Source: an uncultured Gammaproteobacteria bacterium
GTDB taxonomy: Bacteria; Patescibacteriota; Patescibacteriia; JACRDY01
Assembly (NCBI GenBank): GCA_964523165.1
Contig: CAZFXZ010000003.1
Location: forward strand, 1 to 34,726
DNA: 34,726 nt
Direction: 5' to 3'
Part shown: positions 30,819-34,726 of the stretch, in pieces
Layout of the letters: each line of letters opens with the position of its first letter
Numbering within the stretch: position 1 is the stretch's first letter
Position numbers and translations under genes: made by a program
Notes under the pieces: model-generated
Database searches by the model: none
Told to the model about the DNA's origin: nothing
The model's input: the letters and a program-made list of their open reading frames with translations, nothing else

Positions 30819-31388
30819 GTGAGGTCGATCACGCCTTTATTATCCGTGGCCATGTCAGATGAAAAAATCAAAGTAAGGGACGTAAGAAATGGCGATTGGT
30901 ATTGGGTCAGCAAAGTGCTTCTCGATGAGTATGGCGACAAACTCAAACCAATCGGCATCGCAATTTATAACTGCCTGGCGGCACATGCTAACCAGGAGGG
31001 TTTTTGTTTTCCATCCCACAAGCACATTGCCGCAAAAATAGGGGCAAGCATCTCGAGCGTGCAAAGAGGCATTCGAGATTTGATCAAACTTGAGATCATC
31101 CGCAAGACCCGACAACGCTATCACAATGTTTATTACCTGTTGAAAGTAGATAGGTCATATAGACCGAACTCAAACAAGCTCGGTCAGTCAGACCGGCACA
31201 TCGGTCATACAGACCGGTCAGATCAGTCAGCCGGAACTACTAACAAGAATAAAGAAAAATATTTAAATAAAAAGAATTACGCAGGTTTTGAAAAAATTGG
31301 GGATAACTTGAGCGAATTGAAATCAAAGCTCGTTGAAAAAATGTCGATGGGTGGTTCAAAAAAGAGATCGGCAATGGATGACACCTAG
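30819..31388 (+). CDS. Winged-helix/HTH protein resembling phage or plasmid replication organisers
   Basis: IGIAIYNCLAAHANQEGFCFPSHKHIAAKIGASISSVQRGIRDLIKLEIIRKTR resembles the HTH_36/DnaD-N-like family. The start is uncertain: GTG 30819 or ATG 30852. Confidence 0.55.
   Translation: MRSITPLLSVAMSDEKIKVRDVRNGDWYWVSKVLLDEYGDKLKPIGIAIYNCLAAHANQEGFCFPSHKHIAAKIGASISSVQRGIRDLIKLEIIRKTRQRYHNVYYLLKVDRSYRPNSNKLGQSDRHIGHTDRSDQSAGTTNKNKEKYLNKKNYAGFEKIGDNLSELKSKLVEKMSMGGSKKRSAMDDT
31153..31215. repeat. Three 13-bp palindromic iteron-like units inside the Rep-like gene
   Basis: GGTCATATAGACC (31153), GGTCAGTCAGACC (31182) and GGTCATACAGACC (31203), plus a degenerate fourth at 31216-31234. The spacings are 29 and 21 bp. 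Confidence 0.6.
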
Positions 31389-31399
31389 CTTGCCCGTTA

Positions 31400-31430
31400 G
31401 CCGTCCGGGGCGTAGTCGACCCCGGACGGC
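31400..31430. other. Perfect 11-bp GC-rich hairpin without a T-run
   Basis: GCCGTCCGGGG-CGTAGTCGA-CCCCGGACGGC, lying 12 nt after the Rep-like stop. Confidence 0.6.
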
Positions 31431-31577
31431 GACGATTATTAATTAACCATGATCGAGGATATCTGAGGCCGGAGCCCGAATGGCACACGAACCGTTCTTT
31501 GACGTTGATGCCTCTGTTGCCAATCAGAACGGGAACCTACGTCGGGTTGGCAACAGACCACCTCTGGAAAAACAACT

Positions 31578-31865
31578 ATGGATAACAACATAGGCAATTG
31601 CCCACATTGCACGAGGATCATCTTCAAAGATGCCATTTTCAATTCCGAGGCCTCATTCTCCACGCGTTGCCCTCACTGCAACAAAGCCGTAAGGGTAATC
31701 ATCAAACACAAAGTTGAGATCACACTTATAGCGGTAACAGATGAACGCAAGCCAAAGAAAGGTCCCGGGCCCGGCATCGTTGTAGTAATCCTTGCGCTTT
31801 ATCTGCCGACCATCATTCATCATGTGATGAGTCACGCAGACGATATAATCGATATTCTGACATAA
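31578..31865 (+). CDS. Small zinc-ribbon protein with a C-terminal TM helix
   Basis: 95 aa. CPHC...(18 residues)...CPHC, followed by GIVVVILALYLPTII. Confidence 0.45.
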   Translation: MDNNIGNCPHCTRIIFKDAIFNSEASFSTRCPHCNKAVRVIIKHKVEITLIAVTDERKPKKGPGPGIVVVILALYLPTIIHHVMSHADDIIDILT

Positions 31866-31890
31866 CCCAAGCCCCTTGAGAGATGAAAAC

Positions 31891-31919
31891 AAAAAGGAGC
31901 TACGGTGTAGCCCCTTTTT
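31891..31919. terminator. Bidirectional intrinsic terminator
   Basis: AAAAA-GGAGCTAC-GGT-GTAGCCCC-TTTTT, with one mismatch. It lies between convergent gene sets. Confidence 0.6.
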
Positions 31920-32001
31920 GCCATTTGTTTGCCCCTGTGGCGAGCTTTGCCAAATGGTTCAATCTTTGATCCACTTTGCCCACGGGTTCTTAAGCACACC
32001 A

Positions 32002-32496
32002 TCACGGGTTCCTTGGACTTGTTGAAACAAATGGACCAACATTCACAATCATATTACGCGATGGACTGTATAATATGGCTTTTTGAGAAACTGTATATAT
32101 CAAAAGTTTATCTCCATTAACCGCCTCTTTGTAAAACGCCTGTTGCGATGCAAGAGTTTTTGTATCATTAACAGTTGCAATCACTGGCGTTTCTTCACTT
32201 GGTAGAATAATCAATTTGCCAACTTTTTGTATCAACTGTTTAGCTTCCTGCTGTTGTTGTGCGGCCTGAAGCTCGGGATTTTTATACACTCTTAGTTCCT
32301 GATAAAATTTGTACGATAATCCTATCGCAACTAAAAACACAATAACAAAAGCCAACTTCGCTCCTCTGCGAATTTTACGCCATTTTGTTTTAGGCGGCTC
32401 TTTTATGTTATTCCCAAACACAGTAGGCGATTCGTACTGCTTTTCAGTAAAATCTGTTTGAGAATTATCAATTTTATTTTTCGTTACTTTAGTCAT
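32002..32496 (-). CDS. Membrane-anchored hypothetical protein
   Basis: 164 aa. A basic N-terminus, one TM helix (LAFVIVFLVAIGLSY) and a small extracytoplasmic domain. Its start overlaps the stop of the upstream gene by 4 nt (32493-32496). Confidence 0.5.
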   Translation of the reverse strand: MTKVTKNKIDNSQTDFTEKQYESPTVFGNNIKEPPKTKWRKIRRGAKLAFVIVFLVAIGLSYKFYQELRVYKNPELQAAQQQQEAKQLIQKVGKLIILPSEETPVIATVNDTKTLASQQAFYKEAVNGDKLLIYTVSQKAILYSPSRNMIVNVGPFVSTSPRNP

Positions 32497-33809
32497 AAAT
32501 TACTACCAACTTTCTTTCGTTTAGCTATTGTTAGTATAGCAAAAATTACAACAATAATCAAAATTATCAAAAACCAAGAAAAATTGGTTGGCACTATAGA
32601 TTGGTTATCCGCCAAAGTAACTAAAAAATATGATAGGTGATCAGCGGAAATTACCACATCAGTGCTTGTAAGTTCTTGTATGCTCACCGGGCTCCATTCA
32701 GAAGAATCTTCGGGACGCTGAAATACCCTTACCTTTTTTTCATGCAAAGCCTCTGGCAGTGGTAATGTAATCAAAATATCCTTATCAAATTTCTGAACCA
32801 ACACACCATTACTGTTTTTGGCGTAAATGTGAAAGATATAACCCTGACCTTTTTGTGGTAATCCTTGAAAGTTAACACTAGAGAGATCAATTTGTTGGGG
32901 GTTATTTTCAGCAATAAAAGTCAGTTGTTCGGGGCTTGTTTTTGGAGATACATTAATGATAATCTTGCCGAAATTTAGGACTTCTTGTTCTAGCTTACCT
33001 GCTTGTTCTGGTGTTATGACCAGCGGATTATTTTGTATGAAAGAGTTTGTTGGTTCTGGTTTGGTTTTTGGAAAAACAATTTTTGGTGGAACAACTTGAC
33101 ATCCCGGGCCTGAACAGCCAGGAAATGTTATTACTTCTGGTATTGATGGCGTATTGGTGACAGGAGGGGTATTAGCAGGAGTGGGTTGAATTATTCCACC
33201 ACCTCCACCACTACTTCCGCCGCTACCGCCGGAGCCTGAACCGCTCGATTGATTACGAACCGATGCTGGTCGCCAATCTGTTTGAACGCATGAAGAAGCT
33301 GACGAGCAATCAAACTTTATCCAACCAAAATTTTGGCTCCATGCGTAACCGGCAAGTTTACCGTCAGAGCCAACGGTGACCTTCGCATTATTATTAGACG
33401 AACAATTATCAGTCTCCTCATTTGCGCAACTAAAACTGATCCATCCAGTGTTTTCTCCCCACGCATAACCTGACAATTCACCAGCGTCGGTATTTGCCAC
33501 TTTAAAATTACTACTCCCGCAAGAACTTGTATTGGAACAATTAAGTGAAATCCACCCAACTCCCGGCCCCCACAAATATCCCGTTAATTCACTGTCAGTA
33601 ATATGTACATCGTAGGGTGATGGTGTATCCCAAAATATCTTTTCTGTATCAGCTGTCCCAGACGACCAAAGCCCTGCAGTATTATCAAGAAGTATAGATG
33701 TATAACTACTACCTACCGTGCCATCAGTGGTAGAGGCAAAAGCAAAATAAATAGGCAAAAAAGAGAGCAGAAGAATTACAAAAATAAATTTCCTTCGTAG
33801 CTTATACAT
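32493..33809 (-). CDS. Secreted, C-terminally anchored surface protein with GW-type Cys repeats
   Basis: 438 aa with a signal peptide. There are three repeats: LTGYLWGPGVGWISLNCS..C, LSGYAWGENTGWISFSCA..C and LAGYAWSQNFGWIKFDCS..C. These are followed by a Gly/Ser linker, a Pro/Thr-rich stretch and a beta-rich domain. The C-terminus is VPTNF plus a hydrophobic helix plus KRKK. Confidence 0.6.
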   Translation of the reverse strand: MYKLRRKFIFVILLLSFLPIYFAFASTTDGTVGSSYTSILLDNTAGLWSSGTADTEKIFWDTPSPYDVHITDSELTGYLWGPGVGWISLNCSNTSSCGSSNFKVANTDAGELSGYAWGENTGWISFSCANEETDNCSSNNNAKVTVGSDGKLAGYAWSQNFGWIKFDCSSASSCVQTDWRPASVRNQSSGSGSGGSGGSSGGGGGIIQPTPANTPPVTNTPSIPEVITFPGCSGPGCQVVPPKIVFPKTKPEPTNSFIQNNPLVITPEQAGKLEQEVLNFGKIIINVSPKTSPEQLTFIAENNPQQIDLSSVNFQGLPQKGQGYIFHIYAKNSNGVLVQKFDKDILITLPLPEALHEKKVRVFQRPEDSSEWSPVSIQELTSTDVVISADHLSYFLVTLADNQSIVPTNFSWFLIILIIVVIFAILTIAKRKKVGSNL

Positions 33810-33814
33810 AAAAC

Positions 33815-34300
33815 TTAATTGGTATTCAGAAGCAGTTCAGCTTTTTTTGCCAAATCAAATAAAATACCAATTTCATCTATTGATAATTTCCTAGGCTTAG
33901 TGTCTTTTACGCAAAAAACCCCGATTGGTGCTCCAGTTACAGAATCCCGGATTGCAAACCCAGCATAAAACCGTATATATGGAGGTCCAACTACATAAGG
34001 ATTCTCCTTGAAACGTTCATCTTCCAATGTGTCACTAACCATAAAAATATCCATCGATAAGAGTGCCCACCCGCAAAATGATACCTCGCGCGAGCCTTCT
34101 TTCATATCAAGACCTTGGCATGATTTGTACCACTCACGATCGGTGTCAAGAATGGAGACGGTTGATATCGGAACGTGCAATTTTTCGGTAGCTTCTCTTG
34201 TTAAGGCATCATATTTTGGATCTGGTTTAGTGTCCAAAATGCCTAGGCGATGCACAGCTTCTAATCTTTCTTTTTCATTGTTTGGTATTGGTGCTTTCAT
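33815..34300 (-). CDS. Stand-alone GAF domain protein
   Basis: 161 aa. NEKERLEAVHRLGILDT...STVSILDTDREWYKS...EVSFCGWAL...DERFKENPYVVGPPYIRFYAG...GVFCVKDTKPR matches the GAF pattern found at the N-termini of signalling proteins. Confidence 0.75.
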   Translation of the reverse strand: MKAPIPNNEKERLEAVHRLGILDTKPDPKYDALTREATEKLHVPISTVSILDTDREWYKSCQGLDMKEGSREVSFCGWALLSMDIFMVSDTLEDERFKENPYVVGPPYIRFYAGFAIRDSVTGAPIGVFCVKDTKPRKLSIDEIGILFDLAKKAELLLNTN

Positions 34301-34317
34301 ATTTTTAATTTTTACTG

Positions 34318-34726
34318 TTAATTATTTTCATTTGATACCGGGTCCAGAGCTATCGTTGGCTCTGGATCGGGTGTGGCTATTTCCTGTGCCACTTCTGGGC
34401 TTTGGTCTGATTCTTCAACCGCTTCAGGTTCGGAGGTTATGTCTTCTGGAGTCTCTTCGACCACAGGTTCCAATATTTCTGGATTAGAATCAATGATGGT
34501 ATTGTTTGATTGTTCTTCAATAGCACTATTGTTATTAGATTCTATTGCCGAATCAGTTGGTATAGAGTTGTTGTTATCGTCCGTAACAATTCCATCAGAA
34601 GATCCATTGCCATGGTCATTTGACGGTTGTGGATTAGTATTTATTTGTTGATTGCTATTTTGGAGTAAGACATCGAGTTGGTCTTTGGTAATGCAGGTCT
34701 CATTGTCCTGTGTACCGACACAGAGC
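34318..34726 (-). CDS. Hypothetical protein, C-terminal part only (acidic, Asn/Ser/Glu-rich tail)
   Basis: Hand translation of the minus strand is open from the window edge to TAA (complement of 34318-34320): ...CITKDQLDVLLQNSNQQINTNPQPSNDHGNGSSDG...PDPEPTIALDPVSNENN. The plus-strand ORFs here look like shadows. Confidence 0.45.
   Translation of the reverse strand, partial: LCVGTQDNETCITKDQLDVLLQNSNQQINTNPQPSNDHGNGSSDGIVTDDNNNSIPTDSAIESNNNSAIEEQSNNTIIDSNPEILEPVVEETPEDITSEPEAVEESDQSPEVAQEIATPDPEPTIALDPVSNENN

Larger units (their letters stand above)
27660..31919. mobile_element. Putative compact integrative element or prophage remnant next to tRNA-Ser (right boundary uncertain)
   Basis: Contents: serine integrase, CI-like repressor, divergent Cro-like HTH with palindromic operators, Rep-like wHTH gene with iteron-like repeats, and a zinc-ribbon membrane ORF. 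The block ends at a bidirectional terminator. No structural phage genes were seen. Confidence 0.5.

Noticed and set aside
31916-31980. Four TTTGCC words (31916, 31927, 31946, 31974) and a CCATTTG/CAAATGG inverted pair just beyond the element's terminator, considered as an att site or binding array.
   Set aside because: The words are only 6 nt long, irregularly spaced and easily produced by chance. No matching arrangement is found at the tRNA-Ser end.
1-34726. Alternative genetic code (UGA recoding, as in some CPR lineages).
   Set aside because: Recognisable genes end at TGA at the expected C-terminal positions, for example ruvB at 22793-22795 and orphan 1 at 4066-4068. All conserved proteins are uninterrupted under the standard code.

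Overview
This 34.7-kb chromosomal window looks like a small-genome, Patescibacteria/CPR-style bacterium. That call is an inference from gene content and style: tightly packed or overlapping genes, mostly no Shine-Dalgarno (SD) boxes, many GT-C/DUF2079-type envelope proteins, and the standard genetic code. Everything here is read by eye; no BLAST, HMM or GC computation was run.

Gene order: gpsA (partial), class A PBP, a GC-rich orphan, a five-gene ATP-grasp/7TM operon fused behind yebC-ruvC, two GC-rich orphans, a pgi-like gene, a GC-rich orphan and three GT-C-type membrane proteins. Then come tRNA-Gly, a GIY-YIG gene and tRNA-Leu, followed by a GC-rich orphan pyrC and a divergent orphan with a structured leader. 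Next are ruvB, small membrane proteins, a flippase, an O-antigen-ligase-like gene and two acidic hypotheticals. The window ends with tRNA-Ser, an integrated element (large serine recombinase, CI/Cro-type switch, Rep-like wHTH gene), and lower-GC surface and GAF genes. I saw no rRNA and no CRISPR array.

Most interesting observations:
1. The translationally coupled operon at 4076-9796 has four ATP-grasp amidoligases, one fused to a DTGA retropepsin-like domain, plus a secreted PKD-7TM protein. It is a candidate uncharacterised membrane-associated peptide or poly-amino-acid synthesis system.
2. Six visibly GC-rich monocistronic cassettes each carry a consensus promoter, a canonical SD box and a terminator, in a genome whose other genes lack SD boxes.
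3. All three tRNA genes are accompanied by partial self-copies interrupted or remodelled by GC-rich hairpins. One case has a GIY-YIG gene wedged exactly against tRNA-Leu, and another has two perfect 88-bp tandem copies before tRNA-Ser.
4. A compact serine-recombinase element sits next to tRNA-Ser, and its recombinase ORF reads antisense through the whole tRNA gene.
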